The notes beneath the pieces are model-generated. The model saw only the letters and a list, made by a program, of their open reading frames with translations, did not search any database and had not been told where the DNA came from. Position numbers and translations under genes: made by a program. 47,926 nucleotides of DNA from Octopus bimaculoides (taxonomy: Eukaryota): positions 62,676,109 through 62,724,034 of the forward strand of contig NC_068993.1 of assembly GCF_001194135.2 (NCBI RefSeq). The letters run 5' to 3'. How positions within the stretch are numbered: position 1 is the first letter of the stretch; every line of letters begins with the position of its first letter. Shown here piece after piece: positions 36,100 to 47,926 of the stretch.

Positions 36100-36804
36100 T
36101 TATATGTATATATATGTGTGTGTGTGAGTGTCTGTATACGTATATATATACGTGCATATAAGTAAATGTATAAATGTATATATATAGATGTATGCATGTA
36201 TGTATGTATATACATATACATCAGCATAAACATTTGCACAATTGCTTATCTGTAAATATGTGCGTGAAACAGACGCAATTACCCTTCATTTATAACATAT
36301 CAGAGAAACAGTCCTTCCGTTTTGTTTTCCTAACATTAGACTGATATCTAAGCCGCCGGTACTTTACCCTTATTTATAATCATCTGTTGTTGTGTACTCG
36401 CAGTGAACCCTTGCTTGCAGCACTTGAAATGTACTTTGTCGAATTCTCACGCGGTTGTATACGTGTTTCTTCATACCTAACTACATATATAAATACATAC
36501 ATGCATACACTATATATTTTTATACACATATATACATACATCTGTGTGAGTATACATATGTATATGTATGCATTTATGCTTGTATATTTGAATGGACGTT
36601 CTTATACGCACATGAGTGTGTTATGTGTGTGTGTGCGTGTGTGTGTGTGCGTGTGTGTGTGTGTGTGTTCGTGCGTGTATGCTTGTGTGTTTGTAGATAC
36701 AACATATATATATATACATATGCATCATATGTTTTCACATATATTAGACACGCACGTATAAGCTAATGTATATATAATGTTAATGTATATAAAATACATA
36801 ATGC

Positions 36805-36847
<43 letters not shown>

Positions 36848-36862
36848 TACATTATATGTACA

Positions 36863-36900
<38 letters not shown>

Positions 36901-37186
36901 GTACATGCGTGTGTATTATTTATGTATAAGTATAAATGTAAATGGATATGTGTATATATGCGCATAAGTTTACGTACACATAAATACATATACATGTGTG
37001 CGTGTGTGTGTGTATTATAAGAGATATTGCTTCATGTTCAGATTTATTCAGATGCGTGTGAATGAAAATGAATATAAAAATATGTATGTCTGTGTGTATG
37101 TGCGTACGTGTGTGTATATGTGTGTGTGTGCGTGTGTGTATACACACACACACGTATGCATAAACGTTCACGAAAACTAAGGCATT

Positions 37187-37225
<39 letters not shown>

Positions 37226-37460
37226 CACGGTGAAATAGATGAAGATAATGTTCTTATTGGTATCGATTTTTGTTGATAATATTGATATTATTATTATAGC
37301 TGCTGCTTCTGTCGTTACCGTTTCCTTATTGTTTTGTTGTTTCGTTGTTGTTGCTATTGTTGCTCTATACGTAACAACAGGTTATCGTAGCACTAAGCAT
37401 ACATGTTTACTAACAGCAAAACAACCATCAAACAGCGTCTAGTGACCAACGTTATCGTAC

Positions 37461-37541
<81 letters not shown>

Positions 37542-37571
37542 CACTATTATTATCATCATCATTATTATTAT
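37461..37571. repeat. (TAT)n microsatellite
   Basis: Pure run. Confidence 0.95.
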
Positions 37572-38145
37572 CATTGTACACTAGCTTGCTTAGCTGGAGA
37601 TGCGATGACTCATTCCTATCGACCAGATGACGTCATCGCTCCAAAGCTAGGTTTGTGAGGTTTATAATTACAGAAAAAAACAAAACAAATAGTTGAATGC
37701 ATATCAATACCAACAGCAAAAACAAAATGAAAGTGAAAGTAAATAAATCTTGACTAATATTCACAATAATATAATCTGTTGCATGCTGAAAATAGTAATT
37801 ATTGTTAAACCATTAATAATAGAAATAGTATAACAGCAACAATTATCTTCATATTAGAAATAACTGTAACCCTCCCCCCTTTTTTTTGGTTCTATCGTAG
37901 GTCAAATAATTTTTGTTTTGCTTGTTTTATATTGTGATATTGTTATTATAATATTGTCGTTTAGGTTGTTGTACCTATTGTTGTCGTTGTTGTTGCTGCT
38001 GGTGGTGGTGGTTGTCTTGTTATTTGTTTACATTTTCTAATACTTTTATTCTGAAGTTATAAAAGCAAAGTTATGGCGAGTACCTGTACGCGCGCGTACA
38101 CACACACACACACATACAAACACACATAATCTATATGTATATGAG

Positions 38146-38198
<53 letters not shown>

Positions 38199-39208
38199 AT
38201 ATAATATAAATAATATATAAATATATGCATATATCCATACATATATGTACATACCTGCATCTATATGTATAAATATATGCATATATGGGTGCAGGACATC
38301 AAATAACTAAAACAAATAAAGAATAAAATAATAAAGGAACCTATTTGTGTGCGTGTGTGTCTTTATATGCATATAGATCATTACATGCATACACACACAC
38401 GCATATATATGCACATAGTCCTATACATATATAATATAATATACATAATTATATGTATGTGCATATATATGTATATATATACATATGTATATATATATAT
38501 ACATACATACATACATACATGCATACATACATACAAATATATACATATCGATAGACATAATTTAAAATATAGTTATAGTTATATTTATACTTCTACATTT
38601 ATGTATGTATACATATACACTCGTTTAAATATTTTCGATCATCTAAGTACACATGTGTGTCTGTACGTATGTATGTATGAATGGATGTATATGTCACACG
38701 CATACGTGTTAGTCTATGTGGGTACGTGTTTTCGTTTTTGCGAAAAGGAACAGGTGCACGTAATTATAATGACTTTCTGTTGTGAACGTCTACGTTTGAT
38801 ATTACTGCTACACGTGATCGTATACACACACACGCACTCACCACCACCACACCTATATATCTTATATAGTAAACCGGAGTTTGTGTGTGTGCATGTGTGT
38901 GAGTCCTGTTCCTTAGGGATTCGGAAACTGAGTTGCCGAATTTGACGTATGATGTATCGAAAGATTCAGTAATCTTTCAGCTACCAAATAAAGTTTTTTT
39001 TTGCACAACTCTTTTTTACTACAAAAATAACTTCGAAAACGACGTTGGGTCGCACAGTTTTGAGGTTAATTGTTGGAAGTCAAGTAAACTGAGATGTACA
39101 TATATTGTTATCGTATAGATTGGAACTTCAGTACGAAGTTTTGAACTCATATCTTGTGGTTAGTAATCCATTACCTTAAATTTGAAACCATTAAGTCTTT
39201 AAGCATTA

Positions 39209-39275
39209 TTTTACTGGGTTTAGTCTTTCGACTGTCACCATGATGGGGAATCACCTTCAAATATTTAATTGATCC
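39209..39275 (-). mobile_element. B-D SINE 3' fragment, degenerate
   Basis: TTTTACTGGGTTTAGTCTTTCGACTGTCACCATGATGGGGAATCACCTTCAA. Confidence 0.55.
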
Positions 39276-39410
39276 TACTGAGCTCAGCACACATTTAACT
39301 CTGACATTTATTTTATAGATCTCTGCTTGATAAACTTTGAGACATAGTGGGACACAATATTCGATTTAACAACAAATGTAAACACACACACATATTAGAT
39401 GTAAGAATGA

Positions 39411-39548
39411 CTGTGTGGTTGAGAATTTTGCTTCCAAACCACATGATTCCACGTTCAGTCCCTCTGCATGGTACCTTGGGCATGCGTTTTCTACTATAGC
39501 CCAAGGGCAACCTCAAACTTGTGGCCTAATTTGGTTGAGGGAAACTAC
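39411..39548 (+). mobile_element. B-D SINE 5' half (B)
   Basis: GTGTGGTTGAGAATTTTGCTTCCAAACCACATG...GGTACCTTGGGCATGCGTTTTCTACTATAG. Confidence 0.8.
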
Positions 39549-40120
39549 AGTGTCGTTCATCAGAAAATTACCGAGGAAACATGTTTATAAAGAAGAGTTG
39601 TTTGCTTCATACACCTCGTGTACCGAAATCTGATGATGATGATGATGTCAAATGGTTTTACCCCCGTCATGTGATCTTGTTGTGCTTTGTCTTGCCATGG
39701 ATATGTGAGAACCATTCAAATTCCTTCTACAAGGAGATCTAACTAGAAAAATCGCACGAAGCCAATTTCGCATCCTTAGTATAAGAAAATGCAGTGAATT
39801 TTATTTCGCATATTAATCGGATGATGGGCAAAAACTTTCGGACTTCTTACACTTGTGTTGTGTGACGTGTAAAACTACTAACAGCAATGGATAAACGGTT
39901 GATGCCAGGCGCTGTGTGCTATTCTAATAATTTGGATGGCACCCAAACTTCACGAACAGTCTGTTTTGGGAAATCACAAAATTGAAACTATTCTGAAATA
40001 GCTAGCAACATTCTCAAGTTTTACCTGGCAATGAAGTGTAATATGTCATTAAAGGTATAGTTCTTCAACGCTCACCTGGATATTTATGCGGTGAAAGTCA
40101 AAGGATTAGCATCAGTGTAA

Positions 40121-40335
40121 TTATTTTCTACTCTAGGACAAGGCCTGAAACTTTGGGGAAGAGGGCCAGTCGATTAGATCGAATCTAGTATGCAACTGGT
40201 ACTTAATTTATCGACCCCGAAAGGATGAAAGGCAAAGTCGAACTCGGCAGAATTTGAACTCAGAACGTAAAGACAGACGAAATACCGCTAAGCATTTCGC
40301 CCGGCGTGTTAAAGTTTCTGCCAGCTCGTCGCCTT
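40121..40335 (-). mobile_element. SINE family A (well preserved)
   Basis: Full length, ending CCAGCTCGTCGCCTT. Confidence 0.92.
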
Positions 40336-40475
40336 AGCATCAGAGTAATTCTGAAAGTTGTTACTAAGACGCCATTTTCAACCACCTGCAAGTCCATATA
40401 TGCATACGTGCACAGATGCATATAGAATAGTGCAGTGTCTCTGTGTACTGCGTGTACATACGTATGTGCATATAC

Positions 40476-40507
<32 letters not shown>

Positions 40508-41513
40508 ACTATATGTATGTGCTTGTGTTATATACATTGCTATATTACTGTTTAAAAGCAGACTTAGACACAACATACATACCCAGATCACATATTCCAA
40601 ATAAAAGTAATAGAAATCCCCATGAGCCATGTTATGCATTGATTGGTTCCTCCGTTCCACCATTTCATTCCAGTTCGTCTAGAAAAGTGATGCCCGCACG
40701 CACGGCCACACATACACACATTTGGACTCTCCTGTAATTTGTTTCTACATTACTGACTAATATATTCCTCTCTGGCCAACTCAATAAAGAATTGTGAGAT
40801 AAAGTTTGCAGACGGAATCTATCGCAGTCATTCCAACATTTCAAAACTCGATAGATTCTTTGTTTCATATCGGTTAGAAATTAACATATCATCTCCGATA
40901 ATTTCGATTGCATCAGCATACGCCATCAACAAATCATTTATGCGTAACCTTTACATATATATTCAAATGTACGTTAACACATATTCACACAGACAGTTCC
41001 TTAGATACATATGTACATACATAAACATGTATACGTGTATGCATGCATACATTTATTAAAAAAATCTTGAATTGCTGAATATTTGTGGCATCCTGCTGGC
41101 TGGTCATCTCACACTTTTGGCTTTGATTTCAGTGTGCCACTGAGGGTTCGTCTAACTGTGCCACTAAATATCCCACAAATCATACACTAAATATAGATGC
41201 GCATATTGGATAATGCAGTTTTACATGTTAAAAGAGTTGGAATGTTCATGGTTGAATTGCTTTTGATCTTAGATTTGCTCAACCACTGTTGACCGGCGGC
41301 TTAACAACAACATCAAAAACTTGTTTTTAATACTTCACTCGTGCATCCGCTAAACAGTAGCTCAGTCTGTGAGAAATTACAGCTAAATTCTCTGAAAATT
41401 ACACCCTACCATTTTAGAAAAGGAAGAATGCATTAGACGACATGTTCTTCCTTCTGTTATACGGTAAATTATTTCCTTCTGTAACCACTCAACTATGTCT
41501 ACCTGGAACAAAC

Positions 41514-41599
41514 GTAGTTGCATGGTTAAGTTTACTTCGGATCCACGTGACTCCGACTTCCAACCATTGGCACCTTGAGCATATATTTTCTACTATAAG
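41514..41599 (+). mobile_element. B SINE head, degenerate
   Basis: GGCACCTTGAGCATATATTTTCTACTATA. Confidence 0.55.
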
Positions 41600-42316
41600 T
41601 TAAATATACAAAAAATAGCGAGAAAAGAGATAAATCAATGCTTTTTGAGTAAAAATACCTTGTGTAGTTTGTGTTGTTGAAATCTGACGTGCACGGACGA
41701 TTTCTCGACGCATTCGCCTGCATAAATCCAGAAATCCACGGATTGTTCCATTGGAAATCTGTAATACAATGCTTAAGTATCAATTTACAACGTTTTCTAC
41801 CTTTTCTCTCTGGGAATGCGCGCGCGCGTGTGTGTACGGTATATGTGTTTAGACAGATAATATATCTATTCATTTCATTAGTTATTGCTCTTAACTCAAG
41901 CAGATGCTCGGTTAGCTGCCATATCTGGGCTGGATGCGGTTTCAGTTCTCAAATGTGGTTATTTCCCTTTATTTATGCTACTAACGTTCCCGAGGCCCCA
42001 TAAACAGCACATTGAAACCTTTCCTCTCTTTCCTCTGGCATAATAGAATCTCTTGTAGCCTGTTATAGCTATTGGTGTTGTTTAGTCTCAAGTAAATTTT
42101 GACTTCTCAGACCCTCATCAAAATGATACCAGTTTAAAATATTTTTTAAAGACCATCTCGTCTTTCAGAGATATCAAGAATCATATCTCTATTCCACTAT
42201 TTCTTTTTTATGACTGCTGAATTTAATATGTCGAGGATTTAGCTGCTATCTTCACAAATTGAGGCACCTGTTAGAGGCTCCTTCGTTCACGTGCTAGTAT
42301 TCTCATTTATTTGTGT

Positions 42317-42562
42317 AAGGTTGCGAGCTGGCAGAGTCGTAAACGCGCCGAACGAAATGGTTTGTAGTATTTCTTCCGGTTTAAAAAAAAAAGGGCGAGC
42401 TGGTAGAATCGTTACCATGCCGGGCAAAATTCTTGGCGGTATTTCGTCCATCTTTACGTTCTGAATTTAAATTCCGGGGGATGGGGGTGGGAGATCAAAT
42501 AAATACCAGTTGTGTACTGGGGTGGATGTAATTGACTTAACACCTCCGCCGAAATATCTGGC
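42317..42562 (+). mobile_element. SINE family A: truncated head (42317-42382) plus a second copy (42391-42562)
   Basis: GCGAGCTGGCAGAGTCG and GCGAGCTGGTAGAATCG heads in tandem. Confidence 0.82.
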
Positions 42563-42949
42563 GAAATTGTTATTTATTTAAGTAGAGAGTTTCATGAACT
42601 ACAATTAAGCTTCTGAACATGTGAGGAATAAGGCATAAATGTCACACAATCCCTTCCCCAATAATTCTGATACACACACATACACACACATATATACATA
42701 TATATGTATGTGTATATGTATGTATATGTATATATACATCCTTGCACCCGCACAGGTAAATATATATGTATATATTTGCACAGAATATTGTGTATGTATA
42801 CATTATATTATAGCAAAGGCGATGCCTCTTTAAACATATTCAAAAGATATTTGTAAAATATAATGTAATATAAAGCTATCTACGAGTTAAACTACAGAAG
42901 AAGAAGCCTATTCACCTGAAAGAACTAGACAAACCACACAAGAGAGACG

Positions 42950-43270
42950 AGCCAGACAAGCCAGACATGATGTAGCAGAAGCGAAAGAAAAAAATTCTGT
43001 TAACTTTCTCGATGAAACTGATAACATAATTCGAAAGAAGATAATCAAGCAAAGCGTACAGCGGCGTCTTCGGGTTAATTATATTCTACAAACTACTTCG
43101 CTTGACAAGGATAACAGACGATACCGATAAAATTATCATACTTAAAAAAACCAACCAAACTACACAGAAAATGCCCGCTTAAATGTTTTACTAACAAGAA
43201 TTTACCTGCCCCTAAAACATTTGCCGAGGTCATGACACGTTCAACATAATCAACATTTGCAAGTATTATA
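42950..43270 (+). mobile_element. Possible highly decayed Penelope-like ORF fragment
   Basis: Frameshifted patches KIIKQS-YS, KCPL and YYKLTE are in the order of the PLE SYSC...CPL...YxGLTE motifs; weak. Confidence 0.35.
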
Positions 43271-43689
43271 AGCTAACAGAAAGGTGACCAGATGCACATA
43301 ATTGGGTAAGTCTTAGTTTGCAAAGCGATTTGTAAAGACAAAACCCGGAAGTCTTTGATGCCACGACATCTAGAAAGAATGAACTGTACTTCACTTGTAT
43401 TTAGACCTTGGTTCCACAGTTTGAAATGGTAAAACACATAAAGATGCTCGATCTGCTCCAAACAATAGCTAATTCCTTTTAACCTCACGCTGCTGATAAG
43501 TACCAGTAGTATCTAGTACTGATTGTAGTCGACTTTACGGTGCTGGGTACGTTTCTTTCATTCGTTACAATTTACTAAACATTATATATTACCGCAATTT
43601 GTGTGTGTGTGTGTGTGATTTAATTTACACTACATGAAGATACAACTAATAATAGTTTCTTGCTTTGGAAACGCAGGTCTAGGCATGTA

Positions 43690-44100
43690 TGTTTATGTAT
43701 GTATACACACATACACACACACCCTCACACACCTACATACATACATATATACATATTTGCATACATACATATATATATACACACATACATACATGCATGC
43801 ATGCATGCATACATACACACATACATACATACATGCATACACACATACATACATACATACATACATGCATACATGCATACATACATACATGCATACATAC
43901 ATACATACATACATACATACATGCATACACACATGCATACATACACACATACATGCATACATACATACATATATACCTGTGCGTATGAATGCTACCCTGT
44001 ATGTTTATTGGTGTGTGCCTGTGTATGTCCGGATGTATGTATGTATGCACGTATGGATGGATGGACGGACGGATGGATGGATGCACGTAAGCACGAATGT
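43690..44100. repeat. (CATA)n/(CATG)/(GGAT)n compound microsatellite
   Basis: Directly visible. Confidence 0.95.
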
Positions 44101-44278
44101 ATGCATATTGTATATAAATAATTCAAAGCCAGAATTCTCTGAGACACAGTCTTCGGTTAGATTTAGATCTAGTATAAATAGACTGTTGCCAAAATGGAAA
44201 TGTTACTTTCTATTGAAACTGGATATCATATCGTATCGCATAGGTCATGAATAATATTATCTTAATCTCAGCCACGTG

Positions 44279-44326
<48 letters not shown>

Positions 44327-44886
44327 GGTGGTATTTTAATAGCTACAAGCGATTTATAATTTATATCTACCTATTTGTCTTTTAAAGGAGACATTTTAAC
44401 AATCATGTATACCCGTACACACACACACGCACACACACGCACACACATACACACACACAAATAGATGTGTGTATGTGGGTGTTTGTTTGTATGTGTGTAT
44501 TTACTTACTTGAGTCATGGGACTGATAGATAGATAGATAGATAGATATGTATGTATGCATGTATACGTATGTGTGTAACTGAATATATAATGAATGATGG
44601 TAGTCTCTCGTAGACTGAGAAAGACTGTTCTGCCACTTCTATATGAACAACCTGAACAAATGATTTGTTTATAGTGAACAAATGTATGTGCTTTTCCTTA
44701 CCTCAGTCCCGCCATCAAATCTACATTACTTGAACCAGTGCACGGGATATCGCACGTCATGACGGTTCGCAGCGTTTACCTACCGGTGTCTGCTGCTGAA
44801 GATGGGACAACCACTCTGAAATGTATGCGTCTAAATGTCTGGTTAGGATGCACTGTTAGCTGAAGTGTATATTGACACCTATTTAT

Positions 44887-45014
44887 CTATAGCGAGAAAT
44901 TTTCTCCATGACAAAATACAGTGAATGGCTTTTGCGGTTCGAATGTGCCTTAAACATATTTGAACTGGTAACAATTTGTACTTATACACGCCATTGTTTA
45001 GCGCTGTCACTTCG
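44887..45014. mobile_element. Solo arm of the fold-back MITE found at 10710-10949
   Basis: CTATAGCGAGAAATTTTCTCCATGACAAAATACA matches 10843-10876; ends GCGCTGTCACTTCG|TA, mirroring TA|CAGGGTGACAGCG. Confidence 0.8.
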
Positions 45015-45570
45015 TAGAGTAAGAGAACGCATTGTCCTACAGACTGATTACTTTCCTCTGAGCAGCAGATGATGAAAATGCGTGGGAAGATCGTATTCAA
45101 AGTTTGCTTTGATGTGAAAGGATGGAAAAGTACACTCCAGAGAGGTGATTGTTATTAATTGTCTGTTATAAGCGCTTTGAATTGAAAATATGGATAAAAA
45201 AAAAACAAAGCAGGGTGAGGTTACTTTAGTCAATACTAAGTTAAAATGCTTTGAGAGTTACTTCTATAGTAATTGATGAGATGGCGTAGGAAGGAAAGGC
45301 GTTCCAACAAGGAGAGTCTCCACCCATAACAGAATTATTTTGTTGTTTTTCCTTTTCTTTCCCGATTTTTTATGTAATGGTTTGGGTGGTTTTTATATAG
45401 TTGGATTGCAGAGGGTGATATAACTGTAATTTGTAGGAGGAGAGGGAGGAGGCAGACGTGATACGGTTATCAGAATATATGTAGGCGAGAGAGTGACTTA
45501 GCGGAAAGACAGGATTTCAAACATGAACGGTTTTCTGTGGTGTTCTGCTTGCAGATAGGTATACCGACGG

Positions 45571-45619
<49 letters not shown>

Positions 45620-46673
45620 TACACACCAATACACACACATACATAAATACATATGTAGGTGTGTGAGTACATACGTATATATAAATATTTATGTATATGT
45701 ATGTATGTGATGTATGTATATATTATATTTATCACAAGTGTGTGCATATTTACATACATGTATATATGTGTATGTGATGAATGTTTCATTTTATTTTGTT
45801 ATATCATATATTATAATATATCATATTGTACTCTATTGTGTTGTATCATGTTATGTTATTTTATTTCATTTCCTATTATATAGGATACGCGTGTATATAT
45901 TTATGTGGGGCTAATCCCGAAAGTTGTTGAAGTTGAGTAGGAGGCGAAACGTGTAGGAGGCAAGCAGGCAGACAGGCGAACGTCGAGGAGTTTCAATGAT
46001 CGTTGTAACTTCCGGCTTAGGCAATCAATAGTGCATTATGTCATCGTTTTTGGAAAGCTAGTGAATTTATAATGATTACTGTTTGTTACTGATTGAGTTA
46101 ATATTCCTGTAACGCTATTCCACACGGACACAATAAACTAAAGTCCATTAATGTACTTGGCATATCTTCTGTTCCATGATGATAGGACTTACATAATAAT
46201 TCCTCGATATATGATGCAATAGCACTTAAAAACACATAGACATACACACACACACACACGTACAGACGTATACATATATAAACCTACACATATACACGCA
46301 ATCATATTAAACATTTACAAAATCAGTTGTCTTTTAAAACAATTAAATATATATATATATATATATATNNNNNNNNNNNNNNNNNNNNNNNNNNNNNNNN
46401 NNNNNNNNNNNNNNNNNNNNNNNNNNNNNNNNNNNNNNNNNNNNNNNNNNNNNNNNNNNNNNNNNNNNNNNNNNNNNNNNNNNNNNNNNNNNNNNNNNNN
46501 NNNNNNNNNNNNNNNNNNNNNNNNNNNNNNNNNNNNNNNNNNNNNNNNNNNNNNNNNNNNNNNNNNNNNNNNNNNNNNNNNNNNNNNNNNNNNNNNNNNN
46601 NNNNNNNNNNNNNNNNNNNNNNNNNNNNNNNNNNNNNNNNNNNNNNNNNNNNNNNNNNNNNNNNNNNNNNNNN

Positions 46674-46731
<58 letters not shown>

Positions 46732-46973
46732 ATTCAAGTTCTCAAATTCCAGATTTGTGTTTGTATTGCTGGTATCTGTATAAAGGAACGCTTTTATACA
46801 AATACCAGTTGCAAATAAGCTAGAGAATAACTAATCTTTGCTCTCAAAAAAACAACTTTTTACATGGACGAAGATAAGTTAGACCAAGAGCTCGTGCACA
46901 GCTACACCAAAGACACAACGGAACACGAGTCTCGTATCACAAACAACAAAAATCCAATGAACAGAGAAAAAAA

Positions 46974-47125
46974 CTTGTTGCAGAACAATTCATCTCTTTA
47001 ATTAACAAACTCTTCCACAAAGACAATAAAACTTTATAAACCATTCAACAAATACATTATAAAAACCAGTTATTCCACGACCCTTCTATAACAAGTCATT
47101 CATGTTGCATAACCAAAGTATCTTC
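46974..47125 (+). mobile_element. Penelope-like element relic, linker between RT and GIY-YIG
   Basis: With a frameshift reads LVAEQFISLINKLFHKDNK-LYKPFNKYIIKTSYST...HNQSI (PLE FLxLIDKHF...KIFN...KxSYS...HN motif). Confidence 0.65.
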
Positions 47126-47346
47126 CAAAGAAAGACAAATCAAACCCGAAATAGTTTTAATTAATGAAACATTCAGTCGTGTATCCTGGATAACCAAGTG
47201 CATTGATGACTGCACTGTGCTTCAGGTGACTGCAGCTGCAAATGCAGCAGTCCTCTATTTTGCTGCACCTCGACTCAAAATTCATTTATGAGCCAAAACA
47301 ATGCTAATACGTACATGCATACATATGTATGCATGTATATATGTGG

Positions 47347-47388
<42 letters not shown>

Positions 47389-47558
47389 GTGGTTTATAAA
47401 TGAATAATAAATTATTTAATGGTGCATTAACTAATGCATAATACGCAAATTTGTTTCACAGTTTCAGCCAGGACCTGGGCTGTGTTTGATTTAAAAAGCG
47501 ATTGCTGAGGGATGTTTAGCTTTCGAAGGATGACCCTGTATTAAAGAAAAGAAAGCGC

Positions 47559-47760
47559 ATCGCATTCCATTTGCAAGACCTCACCGTTGACAACTTTAAT
47601 ATCATCTGGTCTATATTGCACTTCAGTGAGAGATCTCATATGCAAATTACAGCGACATGTGTAATGATGAAAACTATTCCTTCTTCATCAATACAACAAT
47701 TACTTACAAGAAGATCAGAGTTAATTTCTAAGTATCGATATGAAAATAAGTACCAGCACA
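47559..47760 (+). mobile_element. Penelope-like element relic, GIY-YIG endonuclease C-terminus
   Basis: HLQDLTVDNFNIIWSIL...LLTRRSELISKYRYENKY matches the PLE terminal motif IxWSIL...LLNKRSELISKCRHxNK. Confidence 0.82.
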
Positions 47761-47789
47761 CCAACCTCAACAGAACTATGGAGCCAGAT

Positions 47790-47859
47790 TACTATAGCCT
47801 CGGGCCGACCAAAGCCTTGTGAGTGGATTTGGTAGACGGAAACTGAAAGAAGCTCGTCG

Positions 47860-47866
<7 letters not shown>
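47790..47866 (+). mobile_element. 5'-truncated B SINE followed by (TG)n to the window end
   Basis: TACTATAGCCTCGGGCCGACCAAAGCCTTGTGAGTGGATTTGGTAGACGGAAACTGAAAGAAGCTCGTCG. Confidence 0.9.

Positions 47867-47926
<60 letters not shown>

Noticed and set aside
47170-47290. ITKCIDDCTVLQV resembling an RT YxDD motif
   Set aside because: A single short motif with the catalytic Y absent and no flanking RT domains.

Overview
AT-rich, microsatellite-saturated animal genomic DNA with 11 N-gaps, most of them flanked by simple repeats. The repeat style and SINE sequences suggest an octopus (coleoid cephalopod) draft assembly; this is an inference from recall, not a database result. No host protein-coding exon, true tRNA, rRNA or CRISPR array could be supported, and nearly all ORFs in the supplied track are translated microsatellites or N-gaps. 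The window is intronic or intergenic and is built from: (i) at least four SINE-like families (labelled A, B-D, C and E here); (ii) relics of CR1-like, R4/Dong-like (REL endonuclease) and Penelope-like (GIY-YIG) retroelements; (iii) two internally inverted mariner relics; (iv) a hAT MITE with its TSD and a Tc1-like fold-back MITE. The most interesting object is a 775-bp TA-flanked element (35163-35937) with ~230-260-bp inverted arms enclosing a Penelope-type hammerhead ribozyme core. Also notable are a bipartite SINE carrying an internal microsatellite (one copy flanked by a 50-bp direct repeat), a microsatellite-centred 325-bp palindrome, and a diverged 318-bp tandem duplication in which both copies keep the same open frame.
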